Part shown: piece after piece, positions 17,136 through 27,584 of the stretch
Numbering within the stretch: the stretch's first letter is position 1
Layout of the letters: every line of letters starts with the position of its first letter
DNA from: a virus
Lineage: Duplodnaviria > Caudoviricetes
IMG/VR virus record: IMGVR_UViG_3300020045_007310
Coordinates: 1 to 45,078 of that record
DNA length: 45,078 bases
Strand: one strand, 5' to 3'
The notes under the pieces: generated by a model
What the model was told of the DNA's origin: nothing
Database searches by the model: none
Seen by the model: the letters and a program-made list of their open reading frames with translations, nothing else
Program-made: the position numbers and the translations under genes

Positions 17136-18296
17136 TTAATTTGTTAACCAATCTGAATTATTCCAATCTGTATTTAACCAATCGCCATTTGTTATACTAA
17201 ACGCTCTTTCATTCCTTACCGATACCTCAAACGGCTCATTTCCTACACTTTTAAACAATCCTTTGCTTATAATGATGTAATAGTTGTCTAAATCAGTTAC
17301 AAATGCGCTATTGTCGATTGTGAATGTAGTACCTATAACTGTTACATCAGCCTCTGTAAAAGTAACAATTAAATCATTACTAGCGTTATAAATTTTTAAA
17401 GTTCCCGTTCCGAGTACTGCTGGTTTGTTAAAATCTAGTTCAATATCAGTAGGAAACGATGAAACAACATAACGACCACTAGGAGTAATTGTAGCGTTAA
17501 AATCAACAAACAAATAGTTGCCTAAAGTTAAATATTGTTCTTTCGGATTTAAAAAAAGTTCGCCCGTTTTAAAGTTAGTGTCGCCAGCAATCGGCTCGTA
17601 TTTGAAATCTGAAAGTGATTTTTTCTCACCATTTACAAAAAGTACGGGATGAGTTAATATTTTTTGCAAACGTTTCTGAATAGCAGTGTCAAATTTATTG
17701 AATATAAACCTATCCATTGGCGTAACCGTTCTTCTATACGGCATTAAGCCACCATCAGTATCAGTGTATTCAGAGCCGTTTATTTTACCAACATCTTCTT
17801 TATAATACAAATCCCGAAACCGCACCCTTTGATACGACGGTTTCAAATCATAACCAACACCCGCAAATCTTTCACCAGCCGTGTAAACTATTTCAGAAGT
17901 GAGTTCTTTGTCTTTATCGGTTACGCAAAACGCATTTGAGTAAAACTCATTACCATTGATCAAATCGGTTATTTTAAGGAATAATGATTTATAGTAAAAA
18001 TCCGTGTAAATACGCCCGAACTCAAAATCAATTTGATAAATACCGTCTTTCAAATATCCATCATATTCAAATTTATCGGATATATCCATTACCACGTTAC
18101 CACACAAATCAATCAAATCAACACGAATACCGCCTACAAAATTAATATCAACTAAAGAGTTGGTTTTCTGCGAGATTAAACCATCGGTAAGCAATTGGAT
18201 ATAAGGTCGCTTTTCAATGTAAACCGCTGGCGAATCATCACCGCGTTTAGCGCTTTCAAAGTCGTTTTTATATAATCGTAATACTGCTATATCCAT
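17136..18296 (-). CDS. Tail protein with C-terminal Ig-like domain
   Basis: IELDFNKPAVLGTGTLKIY...YYIIISKGLFK resembles SbsA/Big-type Ig domains. Confidence 0.65.
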   Translation of the reverse strand: MDIAVLRLYKNDFESAKRGDDSPAVYIEKRPYIQLLTDGLISQKTNSLVDINFVGGIRVDLIDLCGNVVMDISDKFEYDGYLKDGIYQIDFEFGRIYTDFYYKSLFLKITDLINGNEFYSNAFCVTDKDKELTSEIVYTAGERFAGVGYDLKPSYQRVRFRDLYYKEDVGKINGSEYTDTDGGLMPYRRTVTPMDRFIFNKFDTAIQKRLQKILTHPVLFVNGEKKSLSDFKYEPIAGDTNFKTGELFLNPKEQYLTLGNYLFVDFNATITPSGRYVVSSFPTDIELDFNKPAVLGTGTLKIYNASNDLIVTFTEADVTVIGTTFTIDNSAFVTDLDNYYIIISKGLFKSVGNEPFEVSVRNERAFSITNGDWLNTDWNNSDWLTN

Positions 18297-21046
18297 TCGT
18301 ATGCGTTTAATGCATTGACTAGGCTACTGATAGATGAAAATTGTTGCCCGTTCAAAAGTACAAAATTATAGTTATACCAACTGCTAATAGGCGTGCTTTT
18401 TTGTTTGTAAAACTGAATTTCATCGTTCTTAGTCATAAACCATTCTGCCGTGCCCTGCAAGCTATACGGCGCATCATCTACAAAAACATCCGTTCCGATA
18501 ATATCAATTTTTAAATATTCCGTTTCAAATTTACTCAAAGCGGTTATATCGGCTTTAGCTGAAGCAAGCAAATAATCCAAATCACGAATGAAAACACGTT
18601 TAAAATAACCGTCTAAATCCCAAATAGAAACAAATCCACGATCGCCACTATCATATCTTTGTAAATAAGACAATACATCATTGAACGGAGCTACAATAGT
18701 CGATTTAACCATTTCTGAACCAACTAACGGCGGTGGCATATCATTGTGTAGTATTGTGGCTTGTTCGATTAACGGTAATGTTTCAGTAAGTAGCTGTGTT
18801 GCTAGTTCACCATTATTTAAGAATTTAGCATTAACTAAATCACCTTTGCTATCATTCAGACAAGCCGAAATATATAAAAGCCATCCATCTTCATCAATCA
18901 AATTACGTTTAATACTTCTGCGTAAATTAGGGAAATCCTCTGGCGCAATACTAAAGAACTCGTTTGTTTCTGTTTGCCATAAAACACCCGTGTAAAAATG
19001 TTTAATTGCCACAAACCCTACGCCGCTGTATTGACTAACTGGCGTTGTCGGTGTTAGTTTTAAAACCGTTGTGTTAATATCCAAAACCGTGTAAGTTCCT
19101 ATATTAGAACCCTCGATAATTGAAACCGTGCTTCCAATTTCCATACCCGAACCAATCCAAACGATATTCGAGTTGTTTGATGTCCCTAAATCATCACGGT
19201 TAAGTATTTCCAAGTGTCCCGAAACCCATTGCATATACAATCGGTCTTTTATTATATTGAATGAATTAGGAGCTACTCTTACGGCTTTTTGTGCATACAG
19301 TTTGTCGTCTTTGTCGGTTGTTGTTGTGGTTTCTTTGAAAGCCAAATTAACCATGTCATTAGTGTATATAGGGTCACGCACTAATTTGTTTTTAATGACC
19401 TTTTCATTATTGGCTCTTTCATTCATTAACCGCCATTCAGATTGCGTGTGTATTGATTTGCTAGAACCTTTTACCGTTTTTTCATTCTCGTAATTTTCGT
19501 AATCATTTATAAGGCGTTTAATTCTTAACGATGGATTAAACGGCTCTTTGTAATCTTCACTAGGCAATACTTGAAAAGACCCAATTTCTATGTTTTGGTG
19601 GAAATGCGGATAGGTTACAATAGAAATTCCGTTTTCGTTAATTTCTACGTCGCCCGATACTTCCATTGCTGTTTCATAAACATATTTTGGCGTTTGGTAC
19701 ATATGTAATTCATTACCAACAACTGTTGAACGGTTAAAAACAAAAGTATCGTAGTCCTCACCACCAACATCCCAACGGGCGCATTCAGTCGGCAAATTGT
19801 TTGAGAATTTACCAGCTTGTTTTAATAAATCACCGTAACGACTAGCTTTAATAACGTAATTCAAAGGTTTTTCTTTGACCGAAATAGTTAAACGGTGGTT
19901 TTGTACGTTATTCGTAATGCTGTAAGATACTCCTAAAGGTGGGTCAACATCGGAAAATTCCGCATTAGCACTACATACATAATAAACATAAACACGTTTA
20001 CCTCTTTGAATAAAAGGTATTGTTAATTCAAGCGAAGTAGGAAAATTTACGCTTGTAAGTTCTTTACCAAACTCTATACGATGCATTTCGTAAGCGTCAA
20101 ACGGTTCGGCTTCTAAATCATTACCAACCACTACCAATAATTCGGTATAACCGCTGGCTTCTAAAATAGTAGAATCATCTGTTTCGCTATATGTACAATT
20201 TACCCGCGCGTCAATTTCAGTAAAAGAAAACTTAACATCGTAGCTATCATTTTGAATTTCTAACTGCTGAAAGCTACCCGTGTTATTAGGTATTTTTCTT
20301 GGTATTCCGTTACTATCAAGCCAACTAATAGCCGAACTAGCATAAGTTGGATAAATATATGATAAAGTGTTATTGATTTCTGACGCTTCAATTGCAAACG
20401 ATGGGTTTGCTAGTATAAATTGCGTACCCATTATAGGCAATACTGCTCCAGCCGTTGCGCTACTACCAGTCCCTTTAAAAACTGTAGTGTTGAATAATGC
20501 TGGCGATTTATATAAAAAGTCATATACTGGCATCGGCGCAATAATATTACCTAACCAATTCTTATCACTATATGCGTCAAATGTATTTTCTGCATTACGT
20601 AAATGGTCTGCAACCGTGCCAATTTGAACCATTTTAGGCTTTACGTAGGTTTTACCGTCTGTAAAATCTTCGTCTTGCACATCACATTCAAACGTTTTAA
20701 AGTCAACATCAAACTTTGTTATTTTAGCTAGTACTTTCATTTCTGAACCCGCTTTTTTGCGTGAGGCTAAAAACCATTGCAATCCATAATCCATGTGGTC
20801 GAATGTATCGCCTCTAGGATTAACGATACGAGGCGAAATCAACTGTATTCCGTAAGCGTCTGGAATAGTAACACCATCAATAGCGAACCATTCGCTTTCC
20901 ATTGCCCAGCTCTTATCTTTTGCTTTGCGTTGAAACTTTGCGCCATCAAATCCTATCCATTCGGGCGTTTCATACCAATCGTCATTAAAGTCGGTAAACT
21001 TAAAAAAGAACCTAAAACCGTTTTGTATTTCTAAAGGACTATTCAT
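18287..21046 (-). CDS. Large tail tip / hub protein
   Basis: 919 aa, beta-rich, directly downstream of the tape measure gene. Confidence 0.7.
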   Translation of the reverse strand: MNSPLEIQNGFRFFFKFTDFNDDWYETPEWIGFDGAKFQRKAKDKSWAMESEWFAIDGVTIPDAYGIQLISPRIVNPRGDTFDHMDYGLQWFLASRKKAGSEMKVLAKITKFDVDFKTFECDVQDEDFTDGKTYVKPKMVQIGTVADHLRNAENTFDAYSDKNWLGNIIAPMPVYDFLYKSPALFNTTVFKGTGSSATAGAVLPIMGTQFILANPSFAIEASEINNTLSYIYPTYASSAISWLDSNGIPRKIPNNTGSFQQLEIQNDSYDVKFSFTEIDARVNCTYSETDDSTILEASGYTELLVVVGNDLEAEPFDAYEMHRIEFGKELTSVNFPTSLELTIPFIQRGKRVYVYYVCSANAEFSDVDPPLGVSYSITNNVQNHRLTISVKEKPLNYVIKASRYGDLLKQAGKFSNNLPTECARWDVGGEDYDTFVFNRSTVVGNELHMYQTPKYVYETAMEVSGDVEINENGISIVTYPHFHQNIEIGSFQVLPSEDYKEPFNPSLRIKRLINDYENYENEKTVKGSSKSIHTQSEWRLMNERANNEKVIKNKLVRDPIYTNDMVNLAFKETTTTTDKDDKLYAQKAVRVAPNSFNIIKDRLYMQWVSGHLEILNRDDLGTSNNSNIVWIGSGMEIGSTVSIIEGSNIGTYTVLDINTTVLKLTPTTPVSQYSGVGFVAIKHFYTGVLWQTETNEFFSIAPEDFPNLRRSIKRNLIDEDGWLLYISACLNDSKGDLVNAKFLNNGELATQLLTETLPLIEQATILHNDMPPPLVGSEMVKSTIVAPFNDVLSYLQRYDSGDRGFVSIWDLDGYFKRVFIRDLDYLLASAKADITALSKFETEYLKIDIIGTDVFVDDAPYSLQGTAEWFMTKNDEIQFYKQKSTPISSWYNYNFVLLNGQQFSSISSLVNALNAYEWI

Positions 21047-21048
21047 TG

Positions 21049-23700
21049 TTAAAATGATTGTTTGGTAAATGTAACGTGGTTTGTTTTAATTAGCTTGCGT
21101 GTGTGTCCGCTTGAAACGTACATATCAAATCCGTTTTTATCAAATGTAGGTTGATACTCCGTTTTGTCATTAATCGCTGAAACAACATCTTTTCCGAGTT
21201 GGTGTAAATCTTGACGAATATCGATTTGTGGTTTTGTGTCACTCATTCCAATACCAGCGGATTGCATTATGTTGAAAAGTGAGTTGTTGAACAACACCTC
21301 GTTAAAATCCGAATTAAACATTAATTGTTTTGATTTTTCAGCGGTGTAAACTTTATCGCCAGCATCTAACTTGGTTAAAACAGCACCTTTGTTGCTACCC
21401 ATTGTTTTAACACGACCTTTTTTATCGGTAATAACCTCTGCACCTCGTTCTTGCGTCCATGCTAACCCCTCTGGTGCATTATCCGTTCCTTTCCAAAACT
21501 CTGGCGGTTGCTGACTTGCTACGACTGCCGCTTGCGCTAGTCCAATCGCCCCAACAACAAATGTCAATGGTATTCCAAAGAAACCAGTTTTTCCAAGTGT
21601 GGCCATAATCGCTTGAGCAGTGTCAATAGCAATGTTAAACAACGCTTGCTGTTTCTTAGTTTCAAATTCTCTTTTAGCAATTTCTTTTCGTCGCTGTTCG
21701 GCTTGGCGTTCAATTTCAGTTCTTGCTGTTTCAGAATCTCCAGCAAAAGCCAAAGCAACATTTTTCTTTCTTTCTAAATTATTATATTCTGCTTCAAAAT
21801 TTCTATTAGATGCTTCCGAAATGAAATTGTACATTTCTTGAAAACTTTCCATAACCGCTATCGTAGTTACCTTAGCGTCGTATCCAAAACCAAGTATTTT
21901 ACCGCTTAAAATATCAAAAGTTGTTTTAAATCCAGAATCATTAACAAACGAATCAACAAACGAATCCGTGTAAGATTGCATTGCCTTTTCGATTTCTTCC
22001 CAACTTTCTTTGTGTTTTTGTAATAGTTCTTGTTGCTTAACCAAAGAATCTGTTTCACCTTTCAAATACTTGCTAGGGTCTTTCATTAAATCCAAAGAGG
22101 ACTTTAACGCTTTTACTATTTTGTCAAAGTCTGAAAACTCTTTTGATGTGTTTGTTGCCTTATCTCTTAATTCTTCATAGAATTTAATCTCATTTTCTAG
22201 CGATACAATAAGACTGTCAGAAGTTCCTTTTAGCAATTTAATCGCTTCTATTTGCTCACGTGTGCCTTTTGTATTGTCTTTTTTTGCTTTTTCTTCTTTA
22301 TAATCTAATAGTATTGCTTCTTTTTGTTTTTCAATTGCGAAATCTGTCAAATTGTTATTAAGCTTTTCTATTCCGTATTTCTCTCCGCTTATTTTGTTTA
22401 TTTTAGCAATTATAGAGGCTCTTTTATCATACATTTGAGATAATGCAATACCTTGTGAACTTGTAACATTATCGCTGTTTTGTAATGCTTTTTCGGTAGA
22501 TAGTATTTTTTGATTCAATACATCTACTTCCTTTCTAAGGTTTAAGCGTTCTATTTCAAAATCAATGATTTTAGCTTGATTTTCAGTTATTTTACCAATA
22601 GCCGCATTTGCTTTAGCACGGGATAAAATAGCGTCAGTCAGCTCTTTTTCAGCAATTGCGGTTTCGCCAGCCAGTATTTTTTCTTTAGTAAGGTTTCCAA
22701 AATACGCTGGGTAAGTATCTTGTAATTCTTTAACCGCTATCATTCGTTGTTGATAGGTTAAAGTCATATCTTTAGCAATCTCTAGCAAAGAACGCACTTT
22801 TAACGTTTCTTCAACTGCATTTTTAGCGCCTAAAGTTGATACTTCATTTAATGCTTTTTGGCTTTCTTTTTGAACATCAATTGCTTTCGAAGCCTTGCTC
22901 ATTGACGAAATCCAATCGCCAATTTCTTTTCCGTAAACAGTAAGCAATGTAATACCAACACCCATTAATGTTTGCCAACTTAAAAATGCACCAGCTACTT
23001 GACTAAGTACACTCGTTGTAGGTTTGCCCTCTGCTTGTAAAAGTTTATTTTGCTTTATAGCATTGCCAATAGCATCTGAAAATATTGGAATATTATTAGA
23101 CAACGCCATAAACCCAGTCTGTACCGAGTAAGTAAAAGCTGGCATTTCACGGGTTAACTGGTTTATGGAATTTCCTAATGAATTGAATTGACCGCCATAC
23201 GCTCCGACACGTTGCTGATATTTACCCATTGTAGTATTAACAGCATCTTGTGCCATTACATACTTCTGGGTTTTTTGTGTTAAGAAGTCTAGTCGTTTTG
23301 CTTCCTCATCACTTAAACGCCCTCTTAATTGTTGTTTAACGGCTAATTCTGAATATTCCGCACGTAATAAAGCTATTTTTTGCCCTAGCTTTGAGTATAA
23401 TGTTTGAGAGGCTTGTAGTTTGGCTTGTTCTTTATTTAATTGAATTTCAAATTTATCAAACGCTTTTTCTCTAGCTTGTTGCAAACGAATTTCAGCTAAT
23501 CTAGTTTTTTCAATCGACGCATTAACCGCTTCTGTTTCCTTTTGAATATTAATAATAGAACTTGGTGTAGTAGATTTAGCCGAACCGTATTTATTAGTGG
23601 TTTCAGCCAATGTATTGTATAGCGTGATTTGCTCGTTTAAGGTTTCATTAACCTTATCGAGTAATGCTTGTACTTGTAATATATTATTGTCTACTGCCAT
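21049..23700 (-). CDS. Tail tape measure protein
   Basis: 883 aa helical protein; QLTREMPAF..GFMALSNNIPI and C-terminal FWKGT..APEGLAWTQERGAE motifs. Confidence 0.9.
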   Translation of the reverse strand: MAVDNNILQVQALLDKVNETLNEQITLYNTLAETTNKYGSAKSTTPSSIINIQKETEAVNASIEKTRLAEIRLQQAREKAFDKFEIQLNKEQAKLQASQTLYSKLGQKIALLRAEYSELAVKQQLRGRLSDEEAKRLDFLTQKTQKYVMAQDAVNTTMGKYQQRVGAYGGQFNSLGNSINQLTREMPAFTYSVQTGFMALSNNIPIFSDAIGNAIKQNKLLQAEGKPTTSVLSQVAGAFLSWQTLMGVGITLLTVYGKEIGDWISSMSKASKAIDVQKESQKALNEVSTLGAKNAVEETLKVRSLLEIAKDMTLTYQQRMIAVKELQDTYPAYFGNLTKEKILAGETAIAEKELTDAILSRAKANAAIGKITENQAKIIDFEIERLNLRKEVDVLNQKILSTEKALQNSDNVTSSQGIALSQMYDKRASIIAKINKISGEKYGIEKLNNNLTDFAIEKQKEAILLDYKEEKAKKDNTKGTREQIEAIKLLKGTSDSLIVSLENEIKFYEELRDKATNTSKEFSDFDKIVKALKSSLDLMKDPSKYLKGETDSLVKQQELLQKHKESWEEIEKAMQSYTDSFVDSFVNDSGFKTTFDILSGKILGFGYDAKVTTIAVMESFQEMYNFISEASNRNFEAEYNNLERKKNVALAFAGDSETARTEIERQAEQRRKEIAKREFETKKQQALFNIAIDTAQAIMATLGKTGFFGIPLTFVVGAIGLAQAAVVASQQPPEFWKGTDNAPEGLAWTQERGAEVITDKKGRVKTMGSNKGAVLTKLDAGDKVYTAEKSKQLMFNSDFNEVLFNNSLFNIMQSAGIGMSDTKPQIDIRQDLHQLGKDVVSAINDKTEYQPTFDKNGFDMYVSSGHTRKLIKTNHVTFTKQSF

Positions 23701-24389
23701 TACTCTTTGCCTTTATTGCGGTTTGAAATTTCTTCTATAGCTTCTTTTTTAGCTTCAATCCAATCCATTACAAACATTTCGCTAAAAATTAAATTCGTGC
23801 CTAATAAGCGATTAACTTTTAATACTTCACGAACACCACTAATTTGTTGTTTCTTTACTTTAGAATCAATGAATTTATCATCTGTATTGTATTCATTAAC
23901 TAGCGACGCAATTACTCGCTCCATTACTTTTAAATTAACATCAACTGGCTCAAAATACTTGATTTGTATTTTTGGTTCGTGTCCTTTAATCATTGCGTAA
24001 ATCTTTTGGATATTAGCGTCGTACTCGTCTAATCTGCCAGCGATTTTATACATCATGTACTTTTCAGTAAAGTTTGATAACATATTTGCGTCCCGTTCCA
24101 TTAATCGAATTTTCTCAACTAATATTAAGCGAGCCATACTTTTTTTAATGAAGTCTTTACCCTCAAAACTGTCATCGGCTACAAAAGCCTCATCTTGTAA
24201 CTTTAACCAATAATCAGCATAGAATTTATAATCTTCTTTTGAATAGCGTTTTTTACCAGAGTAATTAACATCTAATAAAAAATGCTTTTGCGACTGCATT
24301 ATTTCTAAAAAAGTAACCCACTTTAAATTAATTAAAGTCAGCAATATGCGCCCATTCTGCTCCGTTTTGAAAATTTGGCTTAATTTCAT
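23700..24389 (-). CDS. Putative tail assembly chaperone (true start uncertain)
   Basis: Helical protein immediately upstream of the TMP. Confidence 0.55.
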   Translation of the reverse strand: MKLSQIFKTEQNGRILLTLINLKWVTFLEIMQSQKHFLLDVNYSGKKRYSKEDYKFYADYWLKLQDEAFVADDSFEGKDFIKKSMARLILVEKIRLMERDANMLSNFTEKYMMYKIAGRLDEYDANIQKIYAMIKGHEPKIQIKYFEPVDVNLKVMERVIASLVNEYNTDDKFIDSKVKKQQISGVREVLKVNRLLGTNLIFSEMFVMDWIEAKKEAIEEISNRNKGKE

Positions 24390-24561
24390 TTTCTAGTATT
24401 GTGTTAAATGATGATGAACGACAAATAAAAGTTTCCCCTTTGGTTGATAGTCGGTAATAGTATCTTACTATTCCAAATTGTTCATATTGCTTTTTAAACG
24501 CCCTTAATAATGCGTTAGTGTCGGTTGTAAAGTCTTTTCCGCATGAAAAACAATCACTCAT
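24328..24561 (-). CDS. Hypothetical protein, tail region
   Basis: ORF track; N-terminal CxxC. Confidence 0.65.
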   Translation of the reverse strand: MSDCFSCGKDFTTDTNALLRAFKKQYEQFGIVRYYYRLSTKGETFICRSSSFNTILENEIKPNFQNGAEWAHIADFN

Positions 24562-25003
24562 AAGCCTTGTTTAAACAAATCATTATTATTTCAGCATAAG
24601 CCGAACTTAAAAATTCATCCCGTTCGGCTTCTGTGATATTGAATTGCTTTAATCCGTAACGTTCAACCACATCATTAAAATAACTGACTTGTGAGCCGAA
24701 TACGTGTTGTGTTTTGGATATTTCATTTATAACGAGTTCATTTCCTAATAATCCCGTTAATGTTAAATCCACATTCCAAAAGCCAGCTTTACTATTGCGT
24801 TTGTTTTTCTTTTCAGCGTAAGGAAAACCACTATAAGAACCTATTTTACCACCGTTAGGGTCAAGTCCCGAAAGCCACCTATCTTTAATTGATTTTACAA
24901 AACCTTGCTCATGCAATCGTATTTGTTCATCAATAAGATTAAGAATGTTACTTTCCTGTTGTTGGCTTTTTAGGTTCTGATGTATTTGTCGAATATAGTC
25001 CAT
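24554..25003 (-). CDS. Virion morphogenesis / tail completion-like protein
   Basis: YAEKK...NVDLTLTGLL motif typical of this class. Confidence 0.6.
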   Translation of the reverse strand: MDYIRQIHQNLKSQQQESNILNLIDEQIRLHEQGFVKSIKDRWLSGLDPNGGKIGSYSGFPYAEKKNKRNSKAGFWNVDLTLTGLLGNELVINEISKTQHVFGSQVSYFNDVVERYGLKQFNITEAERDEFLSSAYAEIIMICLNKAYE

Positions 25004-25157
25004 TGGCTTTCAATTCTTTTTCAATATCTCTTAATGCGTTTGGATTTGATTCATTTTGCTTATTTACCATTGCGGTTTTAATAAAGTCCTCTTTACTTGG
25101 TAAATTTTCGGTGTCTAAAGAAACGCCACATACTTTAATATATCTTTTATTTTCCAT
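24948..25157 (-). CDS. Hypothetical protein
   Basis: ORF track. Confidence 0.6.
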   Translation of the reverse strand: MENKRYIKVCGVSLDTENLPSKEDFIKTAMVNKQNESNPNALRDIEKELKANGLYSTNTSEPKKPTTGK

Positions 25158-25172
25158 TGTCTTGTGTTTTTA

Positions 25173-25212
25173 TTAAAAATCCCTACTCTATACCTTTTAG
25201 GGTAGGGATTTT
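25173..25212 (-). terminator. Intrinsic terminator after the major tail gene
   Basis: AAAATCCCTACTCTA / TAGGGTAGGGATTTT stem. Confidence 0.8.
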
Positions 25213-25233
25213 ATTAGTTAGTTATTGTTTGGT

Positions 25234-26175
25234 TTATACTGTTCCAAGTACTGCTCTACCAGCGTAGAATTTCCCAAGCGCATCAACTGCCACATCTTTA
25301 GTCAAATCTCTTAATCGTGGTTGGTATGTGTCGCCAGTTACGAAAGCCGAAGCAAACGTAAGTGTGTAGTAACCCGTTGCAGAACTGTAAGCGATTGCGC
25401 TAGGTGCTGCTTTCGCTGTTGTTTGAGTTCCGCCAGTCGCCCAATGTAATACATCGTCAAAACCAGTCAATACATTACCCGTATTTGAGGCCGAAGTAAG
25501 TTTAATTACCATTGTAGTTCCAGAGTTTGTTGGTGGCGTAACAACCGTTACAACGCAATCAATAACACCATCTTTTAACGATGGATTGAATCCTAATTTA
25601 GTGTAAGGAATAAAAACCGCTAAATCGTTAATCTCGTTCGGTTGTGTGAATTGTTGGATAGTTGATACTTGTTGCTTATCCGTTCCCGAAAGGAATTTTA
25701 CAGTAGAAACATCGTAACGACCAACCGCAAAACCTTTTCCGTAAGTACCAGCAACATCAGTAGTCAACACAATACCCTCTGTAAAATAAAGGATACTGTT
25801 CCAAATACCTTGACCTTTAAAAGAGTGCATTGCTTTGGCATTTTCTAAACCTCTAGCAAACATAGTTGTGAATTTGGTTTTTCCAGTTCTTACTGAACTT
25901 TCTAAACCCGTTCCGTCTGTGAACACCTCATTTTCTGGCGTGTCTTGCGTGAACGCCATTCTATTGATGTGTTGGTGTAGTGTACGGTCTTGAATCAAGC
26001 CGTCAAAAATCGCTTCTGAAATTGCCATCGAACCACTAGTGATAGGAAATTTAATCCCGTCGTTAGTAAGCCCATAGCCTAAGTAGTCGCCTACTGAATC
26101 CCAGTCGCATTGTGTTGTGCCAGTACCTTTAAAGTCTGTTGCACAGTTTCCGAAGTCATTTAATTGAACTGACAT
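25234..26175 (-). CDS. Major tail tube protein
   Basis: 313 aa, T/G-rich; position after head-tail genes; followed by a terminator. Confidence 0.75.
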   Translation of the reverse strand: MSVQLNDFGNCATDFKGTGTTQCDWDSVGDYLGYGLTNDGIKFPITSGSMAISEAIFDGLIQDRTLHQHINRMAFTQDTPENEVFTDGTGLESSVRTGKTKFTTMFARGLENAKAMHSFKGQGIWNSILYFTEGIVLTTDVAGTYGKGFAVGRYDVSTVKFLSGTDKQQVSTIQQFTQPNEINDLAVFIPYTKLGFNPSLKDGVIDCVVTVVTPPTNSGTTMVIKLTSASNTGNVLTGFDDVLHWATGGTQTTAKAAPSAIAYSSATGYYTLTFASAFVTGDTYQPRLRDLTKDVAVDALGKFYAGRAVLGTV

Positions 26176-26190
26176 ATCTTTTTATTTTTT

Positions 26191-26730
26191 TTAATTAATA
26201 CAATTTGCTTTTATTCTTAATTTAAACTTAACTAAACGAGCATCTACAATATCGCTTGATAGGCTTTTATTGTTTGAATTTACATCAAGTTTCGATTGAG
26301 GACTTTCAGTTAATCCAAAATCTGGGAAATCAAAAATCCAAAATCTTTTTTCGTAATCAGATGCAAACACAGATACGTGTTGCGTTGTTTCTAATTTACT
26401 TTTTATTAACTGCCAAACTGGTTCGATTATATTTACATAACTTTCTGTTTGACGTTTGGTATTAAACCACTCTGGTACTGTTGTTGTCATTATAAACAAA
26501 CTCGCATCTGTTTCATACCATCCTAAATGTTCCGTAAATTGACTTAAAATATACCAAGATAACGGATATTTGTCTGGATTGGTTCTATTTTGTTCGTTTG
26601 CCAACCATTTTAATAATTCCGTTTGGTCACCATATCCAAACTTTAAAGTTGTAGATAATGGTTGTCCGTTACTTACAATATCAACTGCTAACCCGTCGAA
26701 AATCTTTCTAAAAGCGTCTGCAATTATCAT
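26191..26730 (-). CDS. Tail terminator / head-tail joining protein
   Basis: KYPLSW motif; synteny. Confidence 0.6.
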   Translation of the reverse strand: MIIADAFRKIFDGLAVDIVSNGQPLSTTLKFGYGDQTELLKWLANEQNRTNPDKYPLSWYILSQFTEHLGWYETDASLFIMTTTVPEWFNTKRQTESYVNIIEPVWQLIKSKLETTQHVSVFASDYEKRFWIFDFPDFGLTESPQSKLDVNSNNKSLSSDIVDARLVKFKLRIKANCIN

Positions 26731-27356
26731 ATTCCTAAAGAGTTTGAATAAGTTACGTTTGGAAATACATACAGTTTAGCGTCTGGGTAATCAACTTTAT
26801 TATCAATTAAGAACTTCAATAAACTAACGTTACTGTCGTAGCAATTTTCAACTACTATGCAAGCTCGGTTTATTAAGTTGTTCTTTGGCGCGTGTATGAT
26901 GTAATCGCCTTGATATTGTGATATAAACCCATTCCAAACATCAACTAAGAAACTGTTTTGGTTTGTAACAGCTACATTTTTCGGCTGTATTACATTATCT
27001 TTTGTTAATTGGTCTGTTCTCCATTCGTGGTAAACAAAATCAGCTAATAAAGATTTTTTGTATAACGTTCCTTGCGTATGAATCAATCCAACCCAACCGT
27101 ATGTTTTACCGTCAACTTCGTATTCTATTCCATTAACTAGGTTTTCCCATTTAGTCGGTGCTGTGTTTAGCAATACTCCGTCAACTATGTATCCATCGAG
27201 TTCATTAAACAAAACTAATCCTAAAGTATTTTGCAATAATAGACGCACCTTTTCATCAATATACAATCCTAATTGTTCTGCTACTGCGCTATTAGGCTCA
27301 TTAACATTGTCAACGGATATTTTACCAATAAAGTAAGATGCGTCAATTAAATACAT
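26727..27356 (-). CDS. Head-tail adaptor (connector)
   Basis: LIDASYF.G.I...LLQNTLG..LF pattern; synteny after the capsid gene. Confidence 0.7.
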   Translation of the reverse strand: MYLIDASYFIGKISVDNVNEPNSAVAEQLGLYIDEKVRLLLQNTLGLVLFNELDGYIVDGVLLNTAPTKWENLVNGIEYEVDGKTYGWVGLIHTQGTLYKKSLLADFVYHEWRTDQLTKDNVIQPKNVAVTNQNSFLVDVWNGFISQYQGDYIIHAPKNNLINRACIVVENCYDSNVSLLKFLIDNKVDYPDAKLYVFPNVTYSNSLGI

Positions 27357-27580
27357 TATTTTTTAGGTTTTTTAGTTTCTTTTACTTTTTCAACCGCTTT
27401 ATCTTGCGTTTCAGTCGTTTCTTCTTTGGATTTACACCCAACACAACCCTCGTCTACTATTTCTTCAGCAGCAAAATGATTGTCAATAAAGTATTGTGCG
27501 GTTGTGTTGTTGTCAACGTCGTAGCTTTCGCCTACTTTATACGCTCCAATACCTCTTTTAAATGTTAGTGTACGTGCCAT
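27356..27580 (-). CDS. Small capsid-adjacent protein
   Basis: YKVGESYDV...; Lys-rich tail; typical post-MCP gene. Confidence 0.7.
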   Translation of the reverse strand: MARTLTFKRGIGAYKVGESYDVDNNTTAQYFIDNHFAAEEIVDEGCVGCKSKEETTETQDKAVEKVKETKKPKK

Positions 27581-27584
27581 TGAA

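Noticed and set aside
16012-21761. Nested same-strand ORFs 16012..16200 and 21564..21761
   Set aside because: Short alternative-frame ORFs inside tail genes with no motif or initiation support
24328-24389. Programmed -1 frameshift (G/GT-type tail chaperone) at A-AAT-TTT
   Set aside because: The -1 frame hits TGA within about 12 codons; the downstream ORF is in the +1 frame, so the canonical mechanism does not join them
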